Origin: a virus
Lineage: Duplodnaviria; Caudoviricetes
Reading direction: 5' to 3' (one strand)
DNA length: 62,645 nt
Virus record (IMG/VR): IMGVR_UViG_3300028883_000508
Span: 1-62,645 of that record
A program made the translations under genes and the position numbers. Positions 38,141 through 46,914 of the stretch are shown one piece after another (within the stretch, counting starts at the first letter, position 1; each line of letters opens with the position of its first letter). The notes under the pieces are model-generated. The model was not told where the DNA came from and made no database searches. It was given only the letters and a program-made list of their open reading frames with translations.

Positions 38141-38192
38141 TGAAATATATTTCATATATATACTTTATATATATTTATCAGTATATACAAAA

Positions 38193-38262
38193 CATATACT
38201 GACAAAATGTCCGTATATACTGACAAAATGTCCGTATATACTGACAAAATGTCCGTATATAC
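38193..38262. repeat. Three 21-bp direct repeats (iteron-like)
   Basis: TATATACTGACAAAATGTCCG x3 (one mismatch) plus a partial copy; inverted half-site TCAGTATATA at 38178-38187. Confidence 0.9.
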
Positions 38263-38341
38263 GCACTTAACTTAGAGGAATTATTATGAATTTTTACACC
38301 ATAGAGTTTAGAGAGTTAAGAGAGAGTATATTAAAGTTTAA

Positions 38342-38417
38342 ATCTAGTTCTAGAACTAGATATAATTTACTAGCGTAAATTATAAAGGGATTTTCGAACT
38401 AAAGTTCTCAATCCCTT
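38342..38417. repeat. Three consecutive palindromes/hairpins
   Basis: ATCTAGTTCTAGAACTAGAT; TATAATTTAC-tagc-GTAAATTATA; AAGGGATT...GAACT-aa-AGTTC...AATCCCTT. Confidence 0.8.
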
Positions 38418-38477
38418 GAAAAAGTTTTTTTAGAAGTAAATTTTAGAAGTAAAATAAATTATATTGGAGAATAAATT

Positions 38478-39122
38478 ATGTTAATTGGAATTGTAGGATT
38501 TATAGGAAGTGGTAAAGGAACAGTAGGAGATTATTTGGAAAGTTCTTGGCAATTTAAAAAAGATTCTTTTGCTAATCCACTAAAAGATGCTTTATCAATA
38601 ATTTTTGGATGGGATAGAGAACTTTTAGAAGGACAAACAAAAGAGAGTAGAGAATGGAGAGAAAAAATAGATTATGGATGGTCTAAAATTATTGGTAAAG
38701 AAATATCTCCAAGAATAGCAATGCAATTATTTGGTACAGAATGTATAAGAAATGTATTTCATCCTAATGTATGGTCTGCATCTTTAATAAAAAGATATGA
38801 GACTTTTTATCATGATGTAGTAGTAACAGATTGTAGATTCAAAAATGAAATTAAATCCATTAAAGATGCAGGTGGTTATATTATTAAAGTTAAAAGAGGG
38901 GATAATCCAGAATGGTATGAAAGATATAAAAAACATATAAATAATCCTCTAAAAATAAAAGAGCTAAGAGATAACGGAATTATTCCACATGTATCTGAAA
39001 CTGATTGGATTGGATCAAAATTTGATATCATAATAGAAAATAATAATTCACTAATGGATTTATATGCAAATATTGACATTAATATGCATATATTATATAA
39101 TATGAAAAATAGGAAAATATAA
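38478..39122 (+). CDS. Deoxynucleoside monophosphate kinase (gp1-like)
   Basis: GFIGSGKGT, FANPLKD, PRIAMQLFGTE, VTDCRFKNE, HVSE. Confidence 0.92.
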   Translation: MLIGIVGFIGSGKGTVGDYLESSWQFKKDSFANPLKDALSIIFGWDRELLEGQTKESREWREKIDYGWSKIIGKEISPRIAMQLFGTECIRNVFHPNVWSASLIKRYETFYHDVVVTDCRFKNEIKSIKDAGGYIIKVKRGDNPEWYERYKKHINNPLKIKELRDNGIIPHVSETDWIGSKFDIIIENNNSLMDLYANIDINMHILYNMKNRKI

Positions 39123-39125
39123 ATC

Positions 39126-39350
39126 ATGAAAAATAGAGACAGAACACAAATAGAGGAAAAAAATATGATTTCAAATATATTTGAAATTATAGAAAATCCA
39201 AGAAAACCAAATGGGGATATTGGAGATTTAAAATGTGATTTTTGTGAATGTCAAACAAGTGCATATGTTAAATTAACTACAGGATCAAAAATTTGTAAAG
39301 GTTGTTTATATGATACAATAAATGAAATCAATAAAGTCATTCTTAAATGA
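39126..39350 (+). CDS. Small zinc-finger protein
   Basis: CDFC...ICKGC. Confidence 0.6.
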   Translation: MKNRDRTQIEEKNMISNIFEIIENPRKPNGDIGDLKCDFCECQTSAYVKLTTGSKICKGCLYDTINEINKVILK

Positions 39351-39369
39351 ATTTTAGTAATCAAATCTA

Positions 39370-39491
39370 TGACAAAAATTGTCAAAGTTTGTCAATAATT
39401 GTCACTTTTTTGTATAGACAATTATACCCAAAAAATTAAGTTACTGAAATCATTACATAAAAAAAATATTTATTCTGGCATGGGATGTGCT
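39370..39491 (+). promoter_or_regulatory. Sigma54 (-24/-12) promoter with upstream palindrome and phased TGTCA repeats
   Basis: TGGCAT-GGGAT-GTGCT 39476-39491; TGACAAAAATTGTCA 39370-39384; TGTCA at 39390 and 39400. Confidence 0.6.
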
Positions 39492-39526
39492 TATATATAT
39501 AGTGAACCTAAACGAAAGGATATAAA

Positions 39527-39730
39527 ATGAAAATCACTATTGATACCAAGTATACGAAAACTTACAAGACTGAAAAAAATTTGGATAAAGCAGTTGAAAA
39601 AATGAATCTTCCAGATGATGTTCGATGGATTTTAGTTAAAGCTGATAATGATAAATATACTGCGGTCTTTGTAAATTCAGGTATCTATATGAGCATGATT
39701 GCTCATAATGGTTTTAAGGTTCTTGGCTAA
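39527..39730 (+). CDS. Hypothetical protein
   Basis: 67 aa with AAGGA. Confidence 0.75.
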   Translation: MKITIDTKYTKTYKTEKNLDKAVEKMNLPDDVRWILVKADNDKYTAVFVNSGIYMSMIAHNGFKVLG

Positions 39731-39750
39731 AATCAAATAAAGGATTTAAA

Positions 39751-40113
39751 ATGATTCATATTTCTAATACTGATCTTAGTGATCTTCATAAAGATGCTTT
39801 TGGTTTTCGTCCTAGAGGAATTTACCAAGAATGGTGGGATGAAAAAGAATTAGAAAATGAATATAATTTTCTTAATTCTATTTGTGAACAGAATATGAAA
39901 GATGAAGCTGTACTTGAAGCTTCATCTTTGGTTAATTTTGAGAATCTTATCAAAAAAACTATTGAATATGGTGCTGATGATCGTGAAACTGCAATAAAAT
40001 GGTTAGTTGATAGCGAAAATTTGGAATTCAATGAATATGATCTTCAATATTTCTTTTGGAAATATGGTTTGTCATATGAAATTCAAAATAAATGGGCAAA
40101 AGAATTGACATAA
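39751..40113 (+). CDS. Hypothetical phage protein
   Basis: SDLHKDAFGFRPRG motif; AAGGA upstream. Confidence 0.75.
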   Translation: MIHISNTDLSDLHKDAFGFRPRGIYQEWWDEKELENEYNFLNSICEQNMKDEAVLEASSLVNFENLIKKTIEYGADDRETAIKWLVDSENLEFNEYDLQYFFWKYGLSYEIQNKWAKELT

Positions 40114-40129
40114 AGAAAGGAATATTATT

Positions 40130-40333
40130 ATGTTGATGGGATTTAAATGTGAAGTTAAAAAAGGACAAGCAATGGATGTTGTTGCTGTAACTTATGATCC
40201 TTTCAAATGGTTTCCAGAACTTAAACAGGCATTTAAAAATTTCAATATAAATGAAATCACGATTGAACTTGATCCTTGTGATTCTCCTGTAGGTGTTGTA
40301 AAAACTATATTTAAAATAAAAAAGGTTAAATAA
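40130..40333 (+). CDS. Hypothetical protein
   Basis: 67 aa with AAGGA. Confidence 0.65.
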   Translation: MLMGFKCEVKKGQAMDVVAVTYDPFKWFPELKQAFKNFNINEITIELDPCDSPVGVVKTIFKIKKVK

Positions 40334-40349
40334 TAGAGAGGAATATAAA

Positions 40350-41078
40350 ATGACTATATCTACTGGTAAACTTCCTCATGGTATAAAAGAAAAAAATAAT
40401 ACTATGGGTTTGAATTTTATTCTTTTTTTGTTTATTATTAATATTTTCATTTTTATTTTCATTTTTAGATTTGATATTGGTAAATTTGTTTATGATAATT
40501 ATAAAATTGAAAATCTTTGGATGGAAAAAATAACATCTAAAGATTATATCGAAGATGATATAAAAAATGATTTTTTGCATGTTGATATTGATGTTATTTT
40601 ATTAGATGGATGTTATATTAAAGTTGATTATGATATATATACCATTATTGATGATAAATATAAAAATAATCATACAATTAATAATACAATTAACATAGTT
40701 AGAAAATATTTTTCAAGTTTTAATACTATGGAAGTTGTTAATAATATTGAAAAACATAAAAAATTATTAACTGAAAAATTTAAAACAAATCCTTTTATTG
40801 AAGATATTATTGTTAATAAAATTATATTACCAGCAAAAATTAAACAATTTCTTGATGAAATTAGATTTAATGAACTTAGACTTGAATATAAAAGAAATAA
40901 ACATTATATGGAGATGGAAATTCTTAAAATGCAAAAAGAAAAACAATTATATGAATCAGAAATATTGAAAAAAAAGGAAGATTTACATTATATGGAGATG
41001 GAAATTCTTAAAATGCAAAAAGAAAAACAATTATATGAATCAGAAATATTGAAAAAAAAGGAAGATTCAAAAAAATAA
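40350..41078 (+). CDS. Membrane-anchored protein, SPFH/band-7-like, with duplicated C-terminal coil
   Basis: N-terminal TM, IEDIIVNKIILPAKIKQ, 28-aa duplication. Confidence 0.5.
   Translation: MTISTGKLPHGIKEKNNTMGLNFILFLFIINIFIFIFIFRFDIGKFVYDNYKIENLWMEKITSKDYIEDDIKNDFLHVDIDVILLDGCYIKVDYDIYTIIDDKYKNNHTINNTINIVRKYFSSFNTMEVVNNIEKHKKLLTEKFKTNPFIEDIIVNKIILPAKIKQFLDEIRFNELRLEYKRNKHYMEMEILKMQKEKQLYESEILKKKEDLHYMEMEILKMQKEKQLYESEILKKKEDSKK
40901..41067 (+). repeat. Exact 83-bp duplication, period 84
   Basis: 40901-40983 equals 40985-41067. Confidence 0.9.
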
Positions 41079-41146
41079 TTATTGACAATAAATTATTTTT
41101 TTGATAAAAAAGGAAATATTAAATATTAAATTGAAAGGATAATATC

Positions 41147-41410
41147 ATGGAAGAAGAATATGGTAAAGCAGAATTTTTACCGAAACGTGAAGTTAAAAGG
41201 GAACAATGTATTAAGGCATGTATTGGTTGTAATAAAATGTATTCTGGTCATAATATTGGTGATGTGTGTATTGCATATGTAGATCCGAAAAAAGCTCATA
41301 GACTTGGTGTATGTGCTTTGAAATCAAATAAAGTTGAACTTGTTGAAGGTAAAAAGAAGACCAACCCCTTGAAAGCAAGTAAACGATCTAGAAGGAGAGG
41401 CATTAGATAG
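41147..41410 (+). CDS. PxxKW-family-like Cys-rich small protein
   Basis: CIGC...CIAYVDPKKAHRLGVC...NPLKASKR. Confidence 0.6.
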   Translation: MEEEYGKAEFLPKREVKREQCIKACIGCNKMYSGHNIGDVCIAYVDPKKAHRLGVCALKSNKVELVEGKKKTNPLKASKRSRRRGIR

Positions 41411-41565
41411 TGGATGAGAAAAAAGAAGGATGGTATATCATAGATGATGAAAGATGTTATTTACAAAAATTAAGCAATAAATGGTTTGTATGGAGTCCTA
41501 ATGGATGGAGAAGATATAAAAATGAAAAATTAATTAAAATAGAGAAAGTAGAAGAAATGGGCTAA
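41410..41565 (+). CDS. Hypothetical protein (51 aa, absent from the ORF track)
   Basis: GTG overlaps the upstream TAG; MDEKKEGWYIIDDERCYL...EEMG*. Confidence 0.5.
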   Translation: MDEKKEGWYIIDDERCYLQKLSNKWFVWSPNGWRRYKNEKLIKIEKVEEMG

Positions 41566-41613
41566 AAAATATAAATACCTTTTACAGTTAAAAAAATGTA
41601 GGGGGTATTTATA

Positions 41614-41886
41614 ATGAATAAATCAGATTTAGTAAAGTATGTATCCGATAAAACTTTAATAACGATAAAGGATGCTGGTATTATTGTTGATGTATTTTTA
41701 AATGGAATTAAACAGGGATTGGAAAAAGGTGATAGGATTAAAATAAAGGATTTTGGTTCATTTTTTTTGCAATCAAGAGAATCAAGAATGGCTTTAAATC
41801 CTAGAACTCAAGAAAATATTGAAGTTCCTGCTAAAAATTTCATTAAATTTAAATCATCAAAAATATTGCATAAAATGGTGAATTGA
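41614..41886 (+). CDS. HU/IHF family DNA-binding protein
   Basis: MNKSDLV, FGSF, ALNPRTQE, VPAK, FKSSK. Confidence 0.93.
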   Translation: MNKSDLVKYVSDKTLITIKDAGIIVDVFLNGIKQGLEKGDRIKIKDFGSFFLQSRESRMALNPRTQENIEVPAKNFIKFKSSKILHKMVN

Positions 41887-42150
41887 ATGTCTTTTGATTT
41901 AATTGATATAAAGGCAAAAATAGATATAGATGATTTGATTGATACTGTAACTTTTGAATTGGATGAAGAAAAATCGTTTAAAATGATAACTGAAATTGAT
42001 AGTTCAATGATGAATTGGGAGTTTACAATTAAAGTTTATAATCATTTTAAAAAACTTTATGAAGAATTTAAAGATCAAGAAGTAGAAGAAGATGCTGTAG
42101 AAGAAGATGTTTTTGAAGTAACTGAAGATGGATTAACATTAGAAGAATAA
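41887..42150 (+). CDS. Acidic hypothetical protein
   Basis: 87 aa abutting HU. Confidence 0.65.
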   Translation: MSFDLIDIKAKIDIDDLIDTVTFELDEEKSFKMITEIDSSMMNWEFTIKVYNHFKKLYEEFKDQEVEEDAVEEDVFEVTEDGLTLEE

Positions 42151-42155
42151 ATTAT

Positions 42156-42234
42156 CGGGTAGTAGTCTAGTCTGGTCTAAGATGGGGGTTTTGGATACCT
42201 CAGATCGCAAGTTCAAATCTTGCCTACCCGACCA
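42156..42234 (+). tRNA. tRNA-Pro(TGG)
   Basis: CGGGTAG/CTACCCG, GGGGT-TTTGGAT-ACCTC, GCAAG-TTCAAAT-CTTGC, CCA. Confidence 0.92.
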
Positions 42235-42258
42235 TATATTTTTATGAAAGGAATAAAT

Positions 42259-42990
42259 ATGGAATTAATTGAATTTGATCATGATAAATATGATTTAAAA
42301 ATGTTATTAGATGCTAAATATCCATTTTTGGAAAAGATGAGGGATAGAGCACCAGGAACTTATAAACATTGTCAAAATGTATCAAGTCTTTGTGAAGCAG
42401 TAGCATTGGAATTGGATATTGATTCAACTTTAATGAGAGTATTGGGCATGTATCATGATGCAGGAAAAATATCTTTTCCTGAATGTTTTTATGAAAATCA
42501 AAATGGTTCAGGTAATATGCATGATAATTTAGATCCAATGATTTCATTTCATTTACTTACAAAACATGTTGCTGATGGAGCATTAATACTTGTTCAATTA
42601 GAAGATTTTCCTTCAGAATTAATCACACCTATAACTCAACATCATGGAAATACTATTTTAAAATCATTATCTAATAAATCTGAAGTAGCTGAAGAAATGT
42701 TTAGATATAAAAATACTTCTCCACCTACTACATTAGAAGCTGCTATTCTTATGATTTGTGATTCTGTTGATGCTACTATAAGAAGCAAGGAAAACACAGA
42801 AACAATTGGAATTGAAGATATTAGAAATATAATTAGAAATACTATTGAACGACTTGAATCTGATGATCAATTAGATGAAGTAAAAGTTGGTGATTTAAAA
42901 AGAATTAAGAAAGCACTTCAAAGAGATTTGGAATCCAAATATCATAAAAGAGATTCTAAAGCTTATGAAGATGATGAAGAAAAAATTTAA
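42259..42990 (+). CDS. Stand-alone HD phosphohydrolase resembling the PgpH/YqfF HD domain
   Basis: APGTYKH, YHDAGK, FYENQ, HDNLDP, KHV, QHHG, EAAILMICDS; ATG 42259 with AAGGA. Confidence 0.85.
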   Translation: MELIEFDHDKYDLKMLLDAKYPFLEKMRDRAPGTYKHCQNVSSLCEAVALELDIDSTLMRVLGMYHDAGKISFPECFYENQNGSGNMHDNLDPMISFHLLTKHVADGALILVQLEDFPSELITPITQHHGNTILKSLSNKSEVAEEMFRYKNTSPPTTLEAAILMICDSVDATIRSKENTETIGIEDIRNIIRNTIERLESDDQLDEVKVGDLKRIKKALQRDLESKYHKRDSKAYEDDEEKI

Positions 42991-43007
42991 AAAAATAAAA
43001 AAAATAT

Positions 43008-43037
43008 TTAACATTTATGTTTATAATATGTTATATA
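43008..43037 (+). promoter_or_regulatory. TTAACA-N18-TATATA promoter
   Basis: Same spacing and TGT extension as the other four sites. Confidence 0.5.
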
Positions 43038-43069
43038 TGAAAAGAATTCATTAAAGGGGGATAAAAAAT

Positions 43070-43357
43070 ATGCCAAGATGTGTAAAATGCAAGGGAATGT
43101 TTCCACCTAATTATGTGGAAGTTATTCCAGATTCAAATCCAAATTTAGAAGGAGAATATCCAAAACATTGTTTTTTTTGTAAAAATAATGTAGATGAGGT
43201 AGAAAGAGAAACGGAACATAATTCAGGAAAATATATAAAATATACTAAAAAACAATGTTTAGAAGATTATAGAATATTTTTAGCAAAATTAAAAGATAGT
43301 AAAAATGTTAAAGATATCATGAATAAAACTAATTCTTCGGGGATCATTCTCAATTGA
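43070..43357 (+). CDS. Zinc-binding hypothetical protein
   Basis: CVKC...CFFC. Confidence 0.7.
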   Translation: MPRCVKCKGMFPPNYVEVIPDSNPNLEGEYPKHCFFCKNNVDEVERETEHNSGKYIKYTKKQCLEDYRIFLAKLKDSKNVKDIMNKTNSSGIILN

Positions 43358-44451
43358 AAAAATTAAAGCCTGTCAAAAAACCTGCTAAACTTGGTTTTCT
43401 TAGCTATATTGGTGATACTCAAGGTTGTGGTACAATTCGTGTAATCTACCCATATTTTTTATTAAATCATGTTAGAAAAAAAAATTTAATGTGTCATTCT
43501 ACTTATTTACAAAATTATGTTTCTGATATAGATTGGTATAATCCTTTTACTTTTGTTCAATTTCAAAGAAGTGCAAATGAAGCTCATCTAAAGTTAATTC
43601 AGCATTTTAAAAATACAGTACAAAAGAAATTTCCTATTCCTGTAATATATGAAATAGATGATATGTTATTTAATATACCTAAATGGAACTATGCATCTTT
43701 ATATTACAATCAATCAGAAGATATTGTTAAAAAAATAATGGGTGCTTGTGATGGTATGATTACTTCTACTTCAAAGCTGAAAGAAGTATATTCACAATAT
43801 TGTAAAAGAATATCTGTTATTCCTAATCATTTGCCTAAATTTATTTGGGGTGAAATATATCCTGCTCATGAATATTATAATAGAAAAAATAAAGTTAAAA
43901 TATTATGGGGTGGTAGTCAAAATCATTTTGCAATGGAAAAAATAGTTGGTAAGGAAAATAAAGGTGGTGATTTTGGGAAAGATCTTATGTATTTTATCAG
44001 AAAAACAGTAGATAAATATGAATGGCATTTTATGGGTGCAATTCCTGAAGAATTGAACGATATAAAAAAGAAAGTTAATTTTCATCCTTGGCATAGTATA
44101 TTTGAATATCCTTCAGCATTGAAATCAATTGAGCCTGATATATGTCTTGCACCTTTACAAGATGTTGAATTTAATCATTGTAAAAGTAATATAAAATCTT
44201 TGGAATATGCTGCTTGTGGTGCTGTTGGTGTTTATTCTGATGTTACTCCTTACAAATTTCAATCTTTAAGATCTAAAACTGATGAAGAAATGATTGCTCA
44301 TATTGAAAAGCTTGCAGAAGATGTAACTTATAGAGAAAAGATTTATAAGAAAGATTATCAAAGAGTTAAATCTCAATTATGGTGGGAAGAAAATAATAAT
44401 ATCAATAAGTATATAAATACATATCTTTCTATGTTTGGACAGTGTTTATGA
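43354..44451 (+). CDS. Glycosyltransferase (GT-B, GT4-like)
   Basis: GCGTIR, YEIDD, VIPNHL, WGGSQNH, DICLAPL, FNHCKSNIKSLEY. Confidence 0.85.
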   Translation: MKKLKPVKKPAKLGFLSYIGDTQGCGTIRVIYPYFLLNHVRKKNLMCHSTYLQNYVSDIDWYNPFTFVQFQRSANEAHLKLIQHFKNTVQKKFPIPVIYEIDDMLFNIPKWNYASLYYNQSEDIVKKIMGACDGMITSTSKLKEVYSQYCKRISVIPNHLPKFIWGEIYPAHEYYNRKNKVKILWGGSQNHFAMEKIVGKENKGGDFGKDLMYFIRKTVDKYEWHFMGAIPEELNDIKKKVNFHPWHSIFEYPSALKSIEPDICLAPLQDVEFNHCKSNIKSLEYAACGAVGVYSDVTPYKFQSLRSKTDEEMIAHIEKLAEDVTYREKIYKKDYQRVKSQLWWEENNNINKYINTYLSMFGQCL

Positions 44452-44660
44452 TGAAAGAAAAAATATGGATATCATGTGATAATTGTAAATTACAATGGAT
44501 ATGTAGAGTAAAACATGGGTTTGAAGAACCATTACTTTTTACAAGACATGTTACTGATGATTATCCACAATTAGCTAAAGAATTTTATGAATTATTGGCT
44601 AAAAATTGTAATAATCGTTCTTTATATTTAGAAGAAATCGAAAGTGAGGAAGATGATTAA
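44448..44660 (+). CDS. Small Cys-containing hypothetical protein
   Basis: CDNC...C...C. Confidence 0.6.
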   Translation: MMKEKIWISCDNCKLQWICRVKHGFEEPLLFTRHVTDDYPQLAKEFYELLAKNCNNRSLYLEEIESEEDD

Positions 44661-45271
44661 TGTCTGTAACTCCTGAACATATTGAAGAAATTTATTTTCA
44701 ATTTAGGAAAGCTCAAGCGGATTTTAATAATCGTGGATATAGAATGCCGAAAGATTTTGAACTTCATTTTAATACAAAATTTAAGGAACAAAATAAGAAA
44801 GCATTAATAAAAATAACTGGATGGTTTTTAACTAAATGGCAAAATATTAATCCATATGATTATTTTATATGTGGGTTTGAACTTTATAAAAGTTTTACTT
44901 ATATGAAATTTTTTGATGAAAAGATATTATTACTTTATAAAACAAGAGATAAAAATAAAAAAAGAAATGTAAAGATAACAAAAAAAAAGTTAATTGAATC
45001 TGCTTGTTTTGTTAAAAAGTGGATGAATGAAAATAATGGTACTTTATATGATTATATAAATAGTAGAGAGGGGTATCAAAGAATAGCAATAGATCATTAT
45101 TTGAAAGATAAAATTGATGCATCTTTTTTGGTATTTTTGATTAAAAAAGGAATGATATTAACTGATAATGAAAGAAGTGTTATTCCTTATGTTCAAGCAA
45201 ATTTTAGAAAGATTACATTTGCATTAAACGATATGAAAGATTTTTTGAAAAAATTAGAGAGGAAATTATGA
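44660..45271 (+). CDS. Hypothetical protein, possibly gp59-like helicase loader
   Basis: 203 aa basic helical protein near gp32; resemblance is weak. Confidence 0.4.
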   Translation: MSVTPEHIEEIYFQFRKAQADFNNRGYRMPKDFELHFNTKFKEQNKKALIKITGWFLTKWQNINPYDYFICGFELYKSFTYMKFFDEKILLLYKTRDKNKKRNVKITKKKLIESACFVKKWMNENNGTLYDYINSREGYQRIAIDHYLKDKIDASFLVFLIKKGMILTDNERSVIPYVQANFRKITFALNDMKDFLKKLERKL

Positions 45272-45444
45272 CAACACAACTTAAAGGAGATATGATTAGA
45301 GATATACCTAAAGGAGATATGCTAAAAAATAGACTTCCAGAAGGTGAAATGTTAGTTTCTGAAGGACCAACAGGAAATGCCTTATGGAAAAAGAAAAAGA
45401 AATTAAATGAAAATGATAATGAAAACAATCAGTTAAATGAATAA
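45268..45444 (+). CDS. Hypothetical protein (58 aa, absent from the ORF track)
   Basis: GAGGA then an ATGA overlap; MTTQLKGDMIRDIPKGDML...NQLNE*. Confidence 0.6.
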   Translation: MTTQLKGDMIRDIPKGDMLKNRLPEGEMLVSEGPTGNALWKKKKKLNENDNENNQLNE

Positions 45445-45555
45445 TTTTAAATCCCATCAAAATCCTAAATTGTGTAATTTTTTACATATAAATTGTGTAA
45501 AATGGTAGAAAACTTCCTACATCACTGAAAATATTAGAAAAAATCAAAATAAGTA

Positions 45556-45584
45556 TTGACAATATATTTTTGTTATTATATAGT
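45556..45584 (+). promoter_or_regulatory. Sigma70-type promoter
   Basis: TTGACA-17-TATAGT. Confidence 0.7.
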
Positions 45585-45619
45585 TATCCCATAATGAATG
45601 ATTAATGAAGGGGGTGATT

Positions 45620-45703
45620 ATGGTTAAGTATGTTTGTTATTTAATGATTTTTTTGAATTTTATCATCATTGGTTTTATTCATATTAATCAAATATTGGGC
45701 TAA
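45620..45703 (+). CDS. 27-aa hydrophobic peptide
   Basis: Strong AAGGGGGTG then MVKYVCYLMIFLNFIIIGFIHINQILG*. Confidence 0.45.
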   Translation: MVKYVCYLMIFLNFIIIGFIHINQILG

Positions 45704-45739
45704 AAAAACAAAAACAAAAACAAAAACAAAAACAAAAAC
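45704..45739. repeat. (AAAAAC)6 simple sequence repeat
   Basis: Six exact hexamers before the RBS of the gene at 45761. Confidence 0.9.
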
Positions 45740-45760
45740 AAATTTGAAAGGAAAAGAATT

Positions 45761-46834
45761 ATGAAACAGAATTTTTTTATCGTGTGTTTGATTTTGGCAA
45801 TGGTAGCTTTTGCTGGTAATTCAGCAATGGCAGGTGGTATTAATATTCATAATAATACTCATCATAATACAACTAACTTTGATTATTCAACAGATAATCA
45901 AGGTGGTCAAGGTGGTCAAGGTGGTCAAGGGGGTAATGCTGTTATTGAAAAAGGTGCAGTAAAGAATTGTAATACCAATTTGAATGCAAACAAGAATACC
46001 AATTTGAATGCAAACAAGAATACCAATTTGAATACAAACAAGAATACCAATTTGAATACCAATTTGAATACAAACAAGAATACCAATTTGAATACCAATT
46101 TGAATACAAACAAACAGGGTCAACTTCAGGGTCAACTTCAGGGTCAACTTCAGGGTCAACTTCAGAAAGCAGAAGCAAATAACAATGGCAATAATAATGG
46201 AAATATGAATGGAAATATGAATGGTAATAATTCCAATAATGCCAAGTTGACTGTTAATCAGAATTTTGAGGATAAACGAGATCATATTACTGGTCCTGCA
46301 ATTCTCAAATCTGATTCTAAACTTACTGATGGAAAGAAGTTTGTTGCTAAAACTGTTGGTTCAATTTGGGAAAGGGTAAATGGTATTTCAGAGAAACAAG
46401 CTAAAAAGATTCTCAAAGGTGCCAGTGATAGTGATATTGAAACAAAAGTTACTGTTCTCTATGAAATGAATTATCGTTCCAATTATATTACCAAGGGGGT
46501 TAGTGGTGATTATATGGGAACAATTATTGTATTTCCTGATGGAAATGATGTTTCAGTAGGGGGAATGGAAGCAAAAGCTATTTTGAAAGCAATTGATTTG
46601 GGTGCTACACATATGGATAGGATTCACATGAGTACAGGTAAAGTTGCTCATGGAGATTCTTGGAATATTGGTATAGGTGGTGGGGCATCTATCATGGAAG
46701 ATGGTGGGGATCTTGCTATTGCTCCTAACGGTGGATTGGGCATTGGTGAAGCATCTGCATTGAATGAATTTTTACCTGAAATGGTATTTGAAGTCTATAA
46801 TGATCCAAGTTTCATTAAACCATTGAAGAAGTAA
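45761..46834 (+). CDS. Secreted protein with N/Q-rich low-complexity repeats
   Basis: Signal peptide ending AMA; (QGG)3, NTNLN(A/T)NK repeats, (QGQL)4. Confidence 0.75.
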   Translation: MKQNFFIVCLILAMVAFAGNSAMAGGINIHNNTHHNTTNFDYSTDNQGGQGGQGGQGGNAVIEKGAVKNCNTNLNANKNTNLNANKNTNLNTNKNTNLNTNLNTNKNTNLNTNLNTNKQGQLQGQLQGQLQGQLQKAEANNNGNNNGNMNGNMNGNNSNNAKLTVNQNFEDKRDHITGPAILKSDSKLTDGKKFVAKTVGSIWERVNGISEKQAKKILKGASDSDIETKVTVLYEMNYRSNYITKGVSGDYMGTIIVFPDGNDVSVGGMEAKAILKAIDLGATHMDRIHMSTGKVAHGDSWNIGIGGGASIMEDGGDLAIAPNGGLGIGEASALNEFLPEMVFEVYNDPSFIKPLKK

Positions 46835-46859
46835 AATATATTTTCATAATAATCTCCTG

Positions 46860-46895
46860 AAAATGGTGGGGTTTATCCCCATCATTTTTTTTGTT
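46860..46895 (+). terminator. Intrinsic terminator
   Basis: AAAATGGTGGGG-tttat-CCCCATCATTTT plus T run. Confidence 0.85.
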
Positions 46896-46914
46896 TTTTT
46901 TTTTAAAAAAATAT

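Noticed and set aside
38193-38262. CRISPR array
   Set aside because: Repeats are contiguous with no spacers, and no cas genes are present
45887-46285. Repetitive minus-strand ORFs (IQIGILVC, VFKL, SNWY)
   Set aside because: Antisense shadows of the repeats in 45761-46834
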